DNA of 62,216 nucleotides, filler included, from Globobulimina sp. (taxonomy: Eukaryota): assembly GCA_003354225.1 (NCBI GenBank). It is 14 parts of 14 records of this genome, joined end to end, with 100 filler letters (N's around TTAATTAATTAA, not from the genome) between each part and the next. Parts side by side here need not be neighbours in the genome. Positions count along the whole stretch, not along the records: positions 8,916 to 13,271 come from PIVH01001318.1; positions 13,372 to 17,727 come from PIVH01001319.1; positions 17,828 to 22,178 come from PIVH01001320.1; positions 22,279 to 26,628 come from PIVH01001321.1; 10 more parts are not named here. One strand, 5' to 3'. The notes under the pieces are model-generated. The model was given only the letters and a program-made list of their open reading frames with translations. It was not told the DNA's origin and ran no database searches. This document shows positions 11,144 through 23,754 of the stretch, piece after piece. The translations under genes and the position numbers were made by a program. The first letter of the stretch is position 1; every line of letters begins with the position of its first letter.

Positions 11144-11327
11144 TTTCCTAAGTATTTAAGCCTCTGTATACCGAATATTTCCCTTACGTTTCCAACAAAC
11201 GTGAACCGAGATAATGGTATACATGCGGTCAAAAGTATTTCCTTTCCACAGAAACATAGAAATACAATATTTGGACAATTATCATTTAACTGATCATGAA
11301 TATACATAATCAATGCGAGAGAGTACG

Positions 11328-13271
11328 TTATGGTAAATCGGAATTAATGTCAGATTGCGGCGCTGAAGTTGATATTGAAACACTTGGTCTATTTCGATGA
11401 TTATCATTCTGAAATCTATCAACATTCAAATTTGTATTTGATTTATTCACATTTGTATCCGATTGATTCCCTGATGATATGCTCAGTGCATCCATTTCAA
11501 TCTTCATTTCATCCAAATTCATTGATGCTGTCTGACTCTGATTTGTTGTTATTGAGGGATTCTGAACATGTCTACCAATCAACTCATTAAATTTCTTACT
11601 TATGGTACTCTTCGAAAATTTGCGATTATTCTCATCCATTTCACTCATACTATTTTTTGGTGAGATTCTATACTTTTTAAATAATTTCCCATTTTTGTTA
11701 TTTTGTGCTGCAAAATCAACAAATTCTCCGAGATTTTGTAATTGCTGTTTTATGCATACAGTATCCACACAAAATCATATAAACAAAATATATCAATACA
11801 TATACTCTTAACTTCTTTAAGCGAATAAAGGTTTGCTGAATTAACAGTAAATATATACATTTGTTTAAGATTTGCAATGTCCTTTTCCAAACATCGAAGC
11901 TCAATCTGTTGATTAACTTCATTATTAATTAAATTCAATTCATTTTTTCGTTCTTTAATCAAATTAGCTCTCACATTTTGCACTTTCTTCTCAAAATTAT
12001 CTTTAAACAGATTATTAAAATCAATATTCTTCCTTTCTTGCAATATATTTTTATCAACCCGAGCATGCAATATTTTATATTGTTGCTCCCATTTAGTTTG
12101 ATATTGTTGCAAAATATTCTGACATTGCACCAACTTCATTTGCAAATAATTTTTATTTTGTTGCACGACATGTTGCCTCTGTTTAATTTTCATCATTTTC
12201 TCCTTATGCAAATACTTCAACTCACTCAATAATCCCAACTCTCGCTGTTCTAATATCTCATGCAACGGCTTCAATTTAGACTTAATGACTTGCTGCGTTT
12301 CGCTCTTATATTGCTCACTATCATTCTGCATAAAATTATTAAAATCTTGACTCAATGCTTCTAATTTGGTTAAATTCTCCATAATTTCATCCACCATTTT
12401 ATTCTCCTTATCAGTCACACGAAAATCATAACTTTTGCTCTTCTCCCTCGCATCACATTGATTAAACCCAGCTAACTCAGTTTTGCTCCTTTCTGTTTTT
12501 GTCGACGTCTCCTTCATCATACTGTTATCATTCAACTCAGTATCTGACAATGATAACAATTCCTGAAACTTGTACGCAGGCACATTCTCAAATGAATTGG
12601 TGGCTTTATGCACATTGCTCGGCAATTCTGGGTATACTGAGTCCTCTGCGTCAGATTCGATTTCATGTACAGTGCTTGTGTCTGCATCTTCTTTTTTAAC
12701 TGGCTCGTCGCTGTCAGAATTATTGTCATGTTCTGATGTTTCTGTCTGTTGTTCCGCTGAGAGAACCATCTGCGCATCGTTTATGTTGTTATTTTCAACA
12801 TCATCAATTTGCTGTTTGGTTAAAGGAAAGATGGTGTTTTCAGTGTTGGTGCTGGAGGTGCTATGCTTTGGTTCGTTTGGTGAGTTTGCTGGAGTTTCGT
12901 CACTTTGATGATCATCAATGGAGGGCGGGATGCTTTGGTTCGTTTTGGTTAACAATGAAACAATTTGCCGTTTGTCGTTGTGTGCGTGTTTGAAGTATTT
13001 GTTTGTGTTCGATTTGAATTGAAGGAGATTGTTATTGTTAATGCAGATATTTGATTGTATATTGTTTAAAGAGATTGAATGTTGTTTATTTATTCGATGC
13101 AATGCTTGGAAATGTGTTTCTATGTTGCCTTGCATCGATGCGATTGTCTTAATCAATACGTCGTAGTTTTGGATCTGTTTCTTCATTTTAGTATATTGAT
13201 TTAATGAACCAATGCCATATTTGGAGATCCATTTCCATGCTTTTGTTAATAATTTTGTTTGTATTTGGATT
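11328..13271 (-). CDS. Coiled-coil protein, two exons visible, probably 5'-truncated
   Basis: ORFs 11750-13186 and 11328-11768 can be joined by a GT..AAACAG intron near 11745-11812. The protein has long heptad-rich segments. Confidence 0.6.
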
Positions 13272-13371
13272 NNNNNNNNNNNNNNNNNNNNNNNNNNNNN
13301 NNNNNNNNNNNNNNNTTAATTAATTAANNNNNNNNNNNNNNNNNNNNNNNNNNNNNNNNNNNNNNNNNNNN

Positions 13372-15122
13372 AGCGCGCGGGTACGAGCCTCTCCCGCGGC
13401 AAGGATGGCATCAATATCGTCATCGCTAACCGAAGATTTCTTTGATCTAAACACAGTATCAGCTCCGAAACGAAGGGCATCCAGCAGGTCCTCTTTGCCC
13501 ACCTTTTCCTTTGATGCGAGTCTCCCCTGCTGAACCACCATGGCATCCATTTTGAGCTTTTGCTGGGCTCTTTCCACCACCTTCTCCTCTACAGTACTTT
13601 GTGTTACTAGGCGGTAGACGTTCACGGGCTTCTTCTGACCGATGCGGTGCGCTCGGTCCATGGCTTGAAGGTCGCACTGCGGATTCCAGTCACTGTCAAA
13701 CAGAATGACAGTGTCTGCCGTTTGAAGGTTTATACCGAGACCACCGGCCCGCGTTGATAGCATGAATACAAATTTACCACTGCATTCGCTGTTAAAGACC
13801 TCAATTTGGTCTTCGCGATCTTCATAAGACGTGCTACCATCAATGCGACAATAACGATACTGACGCATTACCATAAAATCTTCCAGTATGTCCAACAAGC
13901 GAGTCATCTGAGAAAAGATGAGCACGCGGTGACCACGTTCATACAATTTCTTCAGAAGTTTATCCAGGAGGACCATCTTGCCGCAGTTCTGCACGAGGTG
14001 CTCACCTAGAGGGTGAAGCGTGCGGTCCTCCACGCCGGCAAAGAGGTACGGATGGTTACAACACTTTCGAAGCTGCATGACGATGTTGAGAAGCGTGTTT
14101 CGTCCAGCACTCGAGCCAGATCCGGTGCCGTTAACGGCTTCCATATCTCTCATAAGGACGTTACGGTAAACCTCTTTCTGCTTTGCGGTTAATCCCACAA
14201 ACAATATAGTTTCTGTTTTGGGGGGAAGGTTCTTCTCCACGTCTGCTTTGAGACGTCGAAGCATGAAAGGCCTCAAGATTTTATGGAGCTGACTGATCAT
14301 GCGCTGTTTTGCCTTGTCATCAGCCACGTCCAGGTTAAACCACTCGTCAAACTGCTCAGAAGACGAAAACACATCCGGAAGAAGAAAGTTGAGAAGGGCC
14401 CACAGTTCATGGAGATTATTTTGCAGTGGGGTCCCAGTTAGGAGGAGTCGGTGTTGACATTTGAGCAGACGGATGTTTGAACTGAAAATAGAACTCTCAT
14501 TCTTTAAGCGGTGAGCTTCGTCGATGATGAGGTACCTCCACGCAATCTTTTGCAGTGAGTTTCTTTCCTTGTTGGAAATCTCGTAAGTGGTGACACATAC
14601 ATCCCAGTTTCGCTTGTCAGGCTGCGTAGGTTTAAGTTCATCCGCCACCACCTGAGCCCTCTCCTCCTTGGTCCCGTGAAATTGTAGTGACCGTAGACTT
14701 GGGCACCACCTCTTAATCTCGGAAATCCAGCTAGACAATGTGGACTTGGGAACCACCACGAGGTGAGGGCCATTTACACCCAGTTGTTCTTTCATGTAAG
14801 CCAATATCGAAATTGATTGAAGAGTTTTACCAAGACCCATCTCATCAGCCAAGATGCCGTTGATCCCATTCTCATTCAGCCTAATCATCCAGTTCAGGCC
14901 TTCTAGTTGGTAGTGCCTCAGTTTCCCGCCCGTGATACAACGAGGCTGGCTAGTTAGAAATGTTGTCACTATTTCTTCCTCCGCAGCTTCCTCGCCCTCA
15001 CCATTACTAGAAATTCGATGTTTACCACCATCCACCCCCCCCCGTCTTTTCTTGTTTGCTGAAACGGCTTCATCCTTCTTTGCGGTTATTTCCCTTCCAA
15101 CTCCAAAATGTGAAAATATATC
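13372..15122 (-). CDS. SMARCA5: ISWI/SNF2-family chromatin remodelling ATPase, truncated at both ends
   Basis: Motifs GILADEMGLGKT, DEAHRLKN, TGTPLQNNL, QLRKCCNHPYLF, STRAGGLGINL and QAMDRAHRIGQ are present. The frame extends upstream only to the ISWI-like DIFSHFG at ~15122. Confidence 0.93.
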
Positions 15123-17020
15123 CTCACCCGAAGAATTGTCGCAATTTAGTAACGAGATATTAGATCATGTAATTATAGTCGGTGGTTTTTGTCGAGATAT
15201 ATTATTAAATCGCAGCATAAATGATATAGACATCGTAATTAATTTACGTGAATTATGCAAATTGCAAACCAATCATTTAAAAAAATATCACGGTAAAAAA
15301 GAAGATCAAGACCGATCTTTACGGTGTGTATATTGGCAAAGGTATTTAGAAAGATTCAATGAATCAGAATTAAACATCAATGAACAGCAAAAACATAATA
15401 AAGAAATGATAGCAATGCATAATTTAAATTATATTTTTAACAATTCGTTCTGGCTCAATATCCTCCGCATGGATGAACTTTTAGACAACAAATTATCCGT
15501 AAAAGACGTAGCAAATCACGGCTTTGCCTCGTGTCAAATTGTCAACACTGTGAAATACGGCAATATCAATTTAGATCAGCAATGCATTGATTTTGTGGAT
15601 ACCTTTAGTTTAGACACCAAACATAAAAATAATGTTTTCGACCCCGAGAATGTCGTCGATTTCGGCACATTTCATCGCAAATCCAGACAATTATCAATGA
15701 GTGGTATCAATATCGACATTGATAGACAAGCAATTAATGACTCACCGCCAGATTCTGACTATGACGAAGACGAATTACCAAACAAATCACGACCAGAACA
15801 TAACCACAATAAACAACATAAAGACAAACACGGCAGATTAAAATCTATGGCGTTGATCGAGTTTGATATCGATGAATTAGGCTCAGATTTCGGTAATTTT
15901 AACCCGAAAAAGGATGGTAAGAAGAAACCGGCAGTGGGTACCCGGGAGGAATATATTGCCATTGAAGTGCCAGTGTATAGCGGCAAAGTGCGCTATAAAT
16001 TGTTGCAATATGATTTTAGCATCAATACCGCCATCATGCCCTTGTCCAATATTGTCAAATTGAAAGAGTATAATAACAGCTATTTAGGTGACACCAAGGA
16101 CCCAATGACCTGGATTGAGATTGTCGAGAATGGTTTGGGTGAATGTGATGCCATTCAAGATTGCCAAATCAATAAAATCTTAAAGTGTCCAGAAACCTCA
16201 CGCGAGAATGTGACCATCGATGCGCATCCCACGACCTTTGTATTTTGGCGCATTATTGGATGGATGATACGGGAGGAAAATTTTCGAATTGACCAGAATC
16301 TCATTGCCCAACAAATTCGCGATTATAAGAACTGGCTCAATGAAGAATGGTTTGGTGTGCCTAAGAATTGTAAGACATTTATGAAATATTTCATTAACGT
16401 CTTGGAGAAAGAATGCAATGCATTGAATGATATCAATCAAATGTTGTCCATTATGGACATGTTGCACTTTAATGAGCCATTTATTGCGTTGTTGAATAAT
16501 ATGCAAAATGTAAAACATTCCTTAATTGATTCTATTTCTGTTGCCAAGAATGATCAACTTGCAAATGAAAATATTGTGAAAATATTTCAACAAAATCAAT
16601 ATCCCATTGGTCTGTAATCTATTTATCCGATCCATAATGTGTTTGTATAATTATTTTATTTATATCTGTTTAGAAGAACAGGTTTTCAAAATCCCATCAA
16701 ATTCTGATGTTGAATTAGAAAAAATCAAAGTGAAGAAACAATTTTTAGAGGAAGAGATCACAAAAAAGAATGCGAGGATTGAAGATTTGGAGAAACAGAA
16801 TGATCGCTTGTTGCATGAAGTGCAATATTTACAAGAATTAAATAAAAAAAATGATCGTGTACAAGAATTAGAAGAGCAAAATAGCAAATTATTAAAAGAA
16901 GTGCAAATTGTGAATGAATCGAAATTGAAGTTAGCTGTGAATGCAAATAAAACAATTGATCAATTAAGACAATTTTTAGTTGAATATCAACAAGCTGTTC
17001 TTACAAAAACTAAACAATAA
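15123..17020 (+). CDS. Divergent class II nucleotidyltransferase (CCA-adding/PAP head fold) with C-terminal coiled coil; 5'-truncated
   Basis: Motif A VGGFCRDILLNRSINDIDI, plus IDFVD, DFSINTA and DAIQDC..KILKCP. Intron 16611-16672 (ATT G|GT...TTTAG|AA) joins the ORF in frame to the coiled-coil exon ending at 17020. Confidence 0.75.
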
Positions 17021-17360
17021 TAAATTGACAGTTTTTTGGCATTGTAAATGTTTTGTTGTTCGATTTTTTTGTTGCTTTTTTTTTGTTATATACTATAATC
17101 TATTTCTTTGAAATTTATATAATATTATATTCCTCTTTTTTTTGTGTGGCAATGATTGCTACGTATGTCATGTCGAAAAGAGAAAGTGAGAAACGGAGTG
17201 ATGAGTCAATGGGTACTTTAGAATGGAGTGTTAGAAACACTTCGTTTTTAAAATTCGCACAGTCGGGCGAAAAAAGCTAGTATTAAGAATTATAAAAACC
17301 TACCTAGCTTTAGTGAGAATAAAGCATCTTTCCATCACTTATAACAACTCAAATATTTAA

Positions 17361-17727
<367 letters not shown>

Positions 17728-17827
17728 NNNNNNNNNNNNNNNNNNNNNNNNNNNNNNNNNNNNNNNNNNNNTTAATTAATTAANNNNNNNNNNNNNNNNN
17801 NNNNNNNNNNNNNNNNNNNNNNNNNNN

Positions 17828-20074
17828 ATGCCTCTCGATGAACTCTTTGGTGTCGTGGATCATATCGCGCCCAAAGCCGGTCACCGCGGCCGAGATGGTC
17901 AAACAGGGCAAGGCCCCGACGGTCGCCCCGGTGAAGCCGTACACGGAGTTTGCAGATATTTTCAGCGCTAATTGGCGACCGTTGTACACCGCATATAACA
18001 TGGAATCTTTCTTCTTTTCTTTGGCCAGCGCCTTCATCAATTTCTTGACGCGTTTGCGTTGCGACAATAGCTTCTCTAAAATGGAGGGCAAAACGCCTTT
18101 TTCTATGTGCGGCTTCACGAAATAGTCACCATTGCGCGTCTTGGTATAATCGTCGGGCGATAATTGCAATGTGTTTAGCTCTTTTTTGTTGAGCATGGTG
18201 GTATAACACAAATTGTGTGCGATCATAATGGAGGGATACAACGAGGCGAAATCCAACGTTACAATCGGTTCTTTGTAATAGCCGCGTTTCGGCTCAATCA
18301 CAGTGGCACCTTCGTAGCCTACGTTGTCCCCCGAACGCGCCTCGCGGTTATATGGCCGGTACGGAATGATTAGATTCTTACTCTTCGCGTTTCTGTACAA
18401 CTGCGAAAGCACTTTGATTTGCTGTCCGCGCGTAATCAAAAAATTGATGGGTACGCCCGTCACACGGCCCATTTCAATCAAATTGATGGTGGTTTGCAAT
18501 TTATCGATCAACTTAAGCGGCAATATGCTGTCTTTCAAGCAATACACAGCTAATCGCCGCCGAGTGTCCTCGTCGCCCTTTTGCAGCGTGCCAATGATGG
18601 AATATTCCACGTCTTCTTTTTGCGATTTTAAGAAGTGATAAGAGACACTGTTCAAAGAATAGGAGCGCAGTTTGTGGTCGCGGCGGATTATCGGCAGTAA
18701 ATCCATCTGGATGCGGCCGGATATATTAATATCTTTCGACTTAGAACTGCCGTACGCTCGCGACGAGAATGACGACTCTTTGATCACCGATTTGCGGTTT
18801 TTTTCGCGCCCCAAATAAGCGAAGGACCCTATTTTTAAATATTCTGCGCGATTTATTAAATACGGGATATCGAAATTGACGATGTTGTATCCAGTCAAAA
18901 TATCGGGGTCCAATTTGCGCACAAATTTGGCCCATTCGGTCAACATTTCTTTCTCTGTGGGATACGAATAAATGTTACAGCCGGCAATCGGTGAACAGGT
19001 ATTTAAGCAAAATACATTTTTATGGAAATAGACATCGCCGTTTGCCTTTTTTACCTCCCTCTCTTTCATATCAATATCCCCATCGCCCGCTTCCTTTGCG
19101 TTGTGCTCAGAGCCTTGGATGTAGCACACATTGCTGATCTGAATGATTTGGTCGTTTTTGCGTTTGGCTTCAGGGAAACCGTCGTCGCACATACACTCAA
19201 TGTCGAATGACAGGACGCGGAGAGGAGCGATGCATTCCATGTCGGGAAGGCCATTGACGCCGTCACAGCGCGCTACAATTTCAATATCGCACAACGAAGA
19301 TTGCTGTTTGGTGCTGACTGTATGATATTTGCCGGCGGCCACCGCGAGCCAGCCGCCACCGGCGATGTCGCGATCGATCATATATCTTAAGACAAAGCCG
19401 AGGTTCGATTCAAAGGTTTCCGACGAAAATGGTTGCGGGTCATTGTGGTTTAAGCGGAGACCGTCGATGATGAGTTTGCGAGCGGCCGCGACCAGGGTAG
19501 GGAGCGCAGTGTTTATCTTCAAACAGGTCGAGGTTTTATTGGGTTGGTAGCCCCAAATGGACTGTTTCGAGACGGCGCGGACGCGCGTGATATACTCGTT
19601 ACATTTGATTTTGTTGTTTTGCTCGTTGCATTTCATGCGGTTATTCAGTGCGTGTTTTAGTACTTGTTCGTCGCGGTCGGCTTGGAAGGATGGCCAGATA
19701 TTGCAATAGAAGTAAGGCGCGAAACCAATGCAATGGCAACAGACGGATTGGCCGGAATTGGTGACGCCGTATAGGCGGATTATGGCGCGTTTAAAACGGT
19801 CGTCACTCCGCGAATGCGATAATGGATCGAAACCGATGTAATAATTTGTATCAATTAATTGGAATTTTAAGGGTTGGGTAGTATCGAAATTATCGGATGA
19901 TTGCGGTCGAGATATATTTTCTGAGTCATGGTGGGCGCTAAAATCCGCTCTTGAAAATGCAATGTTGTTGTTTTTGTGATTGTGATTATTTTGGTTGGAA
20001 TCGCATCCATATTCATTTGTGCGTTGCCGTTTTCTGGGCTGCTCGTTGGATGACGGCAGTTTCCGCTTTGACAT
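17828..20074 (-). CDS. POLD1: DNA polymerase delta catalytic subunit (3'-truncated)
   Basis: ExoI SFDIEC, GYNIVNFD, RRRLAVYCLKD, region II LDFASLYPSIMIAHNLCYTT, and region III RQLALKISANSVYGFTG. Confidence 0.96.
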
Positions 20075-20173
20075 TTTATTTTATTTTCCTGCAATATCCG
20101 TTTTTTTTCTGCCAAAGAATTCAAAGAAAGGATGGTGCAAAAAGGGGGCTTGAGTTTTTTTTCAGATTAATAA

Positions 20174-20833
20174 ATGGCAACAAAAATACAAATTGTACCA
20201 GCAACACTCAAACATATTGGCGAATTACGCGCATTGTACTCGGAACAATATGCTATTGAGATTCAAAAGCAATATAAATCCATTGCAAAATATGTAAAAA
20301 AAGCATTAAAAACTGATCTAAAAGATATCAGCAAACATTATTTACAGCCACGAAGACATGGATTGTGGGTTGCAATCGATACTGGTAATACAGATACAAT
20401 TGTTGGGATGATCGGAATCCGAGAAAATAAATCCTGGAATGTCAAGAAACAAAATGATAGCGATGTAAACAGAAAAGCGGATTTTGATTTAGCATACAAA
20501 TTAATTGATGAGGTGATTGACATATTGTTGAAAGGCGATGAAGACAACAAAAATGATGAAAGTTTGAAAAACAATAACATTGAAGCAGAAATAATGCGAT
20601 TTGGAGTCTCTGATACTAGCAAAAGAAAAGGAGTTGGCACTGCTTTGTTAAATCATGTGAAAGAGTTTTGCATTGACAATGGTTACAAATCAATCATAGC
20701 GTCAACAATGAATGTGTTGAAAGATGCCATCTTGTTTTATAAATCCACTGGTTTTGTATTGCAACATACGGAACCATGTGGCAATAGTGCAAAATTGGAA
20801 TTTTTGAGATTCAGATTAAATTTAATTATATAA
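20174..20833 (+). CDS. GNAT N-acetyltransferase (NAT8/Camello-like)
   Basis: DLKDISKHY..LWVA..IVGMIG, acetyl-CoA motif RFGVS..KRKGVGTALL, and AILFYKSTGF. Confidence 0.85.
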   Translation: MATKIQIVPATLKHIGELRALYSEQYAIEIQKQYKSIAKYVKKALKTDLKDISKHYLQPRRHGLWVAIDTGNTDTIVGMIGIRENKSWNVKKQNDSDVNRKADFDLAYKLIDEVIDILLKGDEDNKNDESLKNNNIEAEIMRFGVSDTSKRKGVGTALLNHVKEFCIDNGYKSIIASTMNVLKDAILFYKSTGFVLQHTEPCGNSAKLEFLRFRLNLII

Positions 20834-20882
20834 AGCAGAGTAATAGTACAATAATTATAAAAACAAGTGTTTCTGTCTTTGG

Positions 20883-21607
20883 TTATTCAGACATTGCGAC
20901 TTTTTTGTATTCTCCACGGTTCTTCCGTTTTGGGTGCACATTGGATCAGTTTTATCTGTTTGCGCAATTCTTTAATTCTTGCTACAGCGAGCTGTAATAA
21001 TTCCGGTCTCTCAGGAAAAGGTTGATTTAGATTGAAATTTAGCAATGCAGCAAGATTGTCAAAATTTTGTGTTAACTCTTGCCTTTGCCTGTAATTGTTA
21101 TTTGTTTTATGTTGTTTGAATTATCTGAGTCAGTGTATTACAATAATTACATGCAACACATATTGAAAAAATATAATTATAAATTTGAAAAAGTAAGATT
21201 ATGAAATTTAGGAAATAGATCAGTGAATGGTTATTACCTGATGGCCCTCTGATTCTTCTTATCTTTGATTAGTCGTTGTCTTTCACCGTCGTTTAAGTGC
21301 GAATATTTCGACTCTGGAATCACGAATGTGCAAAAGCAGATAGATATGTTGTGTTGTGTTCGTTATTCAGATACGATCATACAAATGTAACACTAAACTT
21401 CTTCTGTAACGTGCTTCCATTATCTCGTCTGGAAAAACTTTTATGCTTTGATTGCTTTTTGCGCAAGTATTCGGATTTCACGCCTAATATGTTGCACGCA
21501 ACTGTAACCGATGCCGGTTGATGACTTAAGGAGGGGGAGCTGATATTATCATATATACAGAATACAGTGATCTATTTGATTCTTGTATACGTATTTCCGG
21601 ATCCATG
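20883..21607 (-). CDS. Small three-exon hypothetical protein
   Basis: ATG at ~21607 with putative GT-AG introns at ~21590-21540 and ~21237-21089. No family recognised, and boundaries are approximate. Confidence 0.4.
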
Positions 21608-21685
21608 ATAGTTTTATGGTAATAAATTCGTGTTCATATATCTCTCAAATAGTTTGTCTGTTTCATAAAAATTAAAAGATAATAT

Positions 21686-21758
21686 GGGGTTCTAGCTCAA
21701 TCGGAAGAGTACAACGTTCGCAACGTTGAGGCACCGGGATCGAAACCCGGGTTCTCCA
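21686..21758 (+). tRNA. tRNA-Ala (anticodon CGC)
   Basis: GGGGTTC TA GCTC AATCGGAA GAGT A CAACG TT CGC AA CGTTG AGGCA CCGGG ATCGAAA CCCGG GTTCTCC A. It has the G3:U70 Ala identity pair and A73. Confidence 0.9.
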
Positions 21759-22278
21759 TTATTTAGCACAATCAATTCAACCTTATTGCTGCTACTTAAC
21801 CATCATTTGATTTTGAAAGTCAGCACCATCAAAATTTGCAAACAACCATTTTAGTTTCGGAGTTTGTTGAATTTCTCCTCGCAAATTCGCACTTTATTTC
21901 CTCGCAAAAGTGGTCTAATGTTAACTAAATGTATTATGATTTTGAAGATTTTATCAATCAGCACCTGCAGTAACATGAGCAGAATAATATGTTCTGATGA
22001 TTTAGCAACTCACATCTATCAATGGTTGACATCCACTGAATTAGTAAACAGATATTTAAATCCTGAAAACATTCGTTTTAGGAAAGTTGCAGAGTCTGTA
22101 CTGAAACAAAGAGATTTAGGAACTGTAAATAATACAATACACCGAATACACTCACATGATTATGTGAGATTAATAAATNNNNNNNNNNNNNNNNNNNNNN
22201 NNNNNNNNNNNNNNNNNNNNNNTTAATTAATTAANNNNNNNNNNNNNNNNNNNNNNNNNNNNNNNNNNNNNNNNNNNN

Positions 22279-23398
22279 GACAAATATATATACAAACTTT
22301 TGAATTTGTTTCTGCATTTTCCGGAGCATCGCCAATCAAAATAAATGTATTATTGCCACCCACTTCAATCTGTAATATACTGCGAGGATCGTTATCTTTC
22401 AATTTATTTTGAATAAAATCATTGACAGCTCGTGGATGCTGTATTACTTCACTGTGATCAGCTAAACATTGGCCATATTCATTGCTACCAAATAAATAGT
22501 ATGTGCCATCACTTGTTTTCATTAAAAAATGCTGCTCGCCACACGACACATATGATACATCATTCACTGAAATGTCAAAATCAATCTTTTCATGTTTATC
22601 AGCGCCGTGAGCCTCAATTAAATACGCTTTTGCTTTTTCAGAATTCGAATTCATTTTAATGCCGCGAACGAATAAAACATCCTCGTTGACTGCAGCTGAT
22701 AATATTTTGATATGATTGTTATCAAAAAATGGAATTGAAAGCTTCACGAATGTTTTCAGATCTTCTGTCGCATAAATATTGCCTTCTTTTGAGATAAAGT
22801 ATGCGTTTGCTTTACCATATGCTTCATATACACATCCACACTCAATTAGTATATTGTGAAAATACGCCAATTCCTTAAATACTGTATTTTCGTCAGGCTC
22901 AGCTGTGCTTTTATAATAATACACAATTCCACTTTCACAAATCACAACAACTGACTCTTTTATTAATAAAACCTGTTTAATTTTGTCATTTGTTTTTTTA
23001 AATTTTGAATTCTTTCGAAAAAAAGACATTTTCAACGCTTCGTCACCCCCAGTCAATAAATACATGTCTTGTGAACGTGACACAAATATCAATCCACAGC
23101 ATTTGACGATATCAATGTTATTTTCTTTGAAATATGTAAGCGACCATGCATTTGGGTCTTCGGTTTCAGGATTGATTGGTAAATAATATTCCTGATTATT
23201 TTTTTGAAATAAATTGATTGGTAAATAATCACCCTCAACAATGATTATTTTATTTACAATTTTCCCTCTATTCACGCTCCATTCTGCCTTGGCATATTTG
23301 TTCAATGTTTTGATTGGGTCTTCATTCCCAACCCCGAACTGACCATCATTGGATCCAACACACCATAAACTGTTGTATTGATTTTTGGATTCTGCCAT
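22279..23398 (-). CDS. RCC1-repeat (BLIP-II-like beta-propeller) protein
   Basis: LWCVGSNDGQFGVG, VSCGEQHFLMKTSDGTYYLFGSNEYGQC and IEVGGNNTFI. Confidence 0.8.
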
Positions 23399-23754
23399 GG
23401 TTTTTTGCTTCAGCTTAGCCTTATTTAGTTATTAATTTTCATAATCTGCCTGCGCTCATTTACTCATGACTCCATTGACTCAATTAAAGGGGGATTAATT
23501 ATGATTTTGTGTTTGTGGCAGATGAGCATAAAGGGGATGGGCGGAGTGATGGAGAGGAGCAGGAAGTGAAAGTTAAAAAAAGTAAAAGGAAAAAGTCATA
23601 TTTGGATGTTGCAGGGCAAAGGGAACAAAAGAAGAAGATTGGTGGCTAGAAATAATGCGTTGTTTGAAACTTTTGTTGACATATTTGTGCGCTCTTTCTA
23701 TAGCTGCTTTGAAATATGTAATTTAAGAAAACGTAGAACAAGGAATTGGAACAA

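Noticed and set aside
14932..15122. N-terminus of the 561-aa ORF as a real extension or transit peptide
   Set aside because: It is the antisense of ISWI coding sequence across a probable chimeric junction.
21864..22178. 120-aa ORF after the tRNA
   Set aside because: It has a TTG start, no motif and runs into the linker. The segment may be foreign non-coding DNA.
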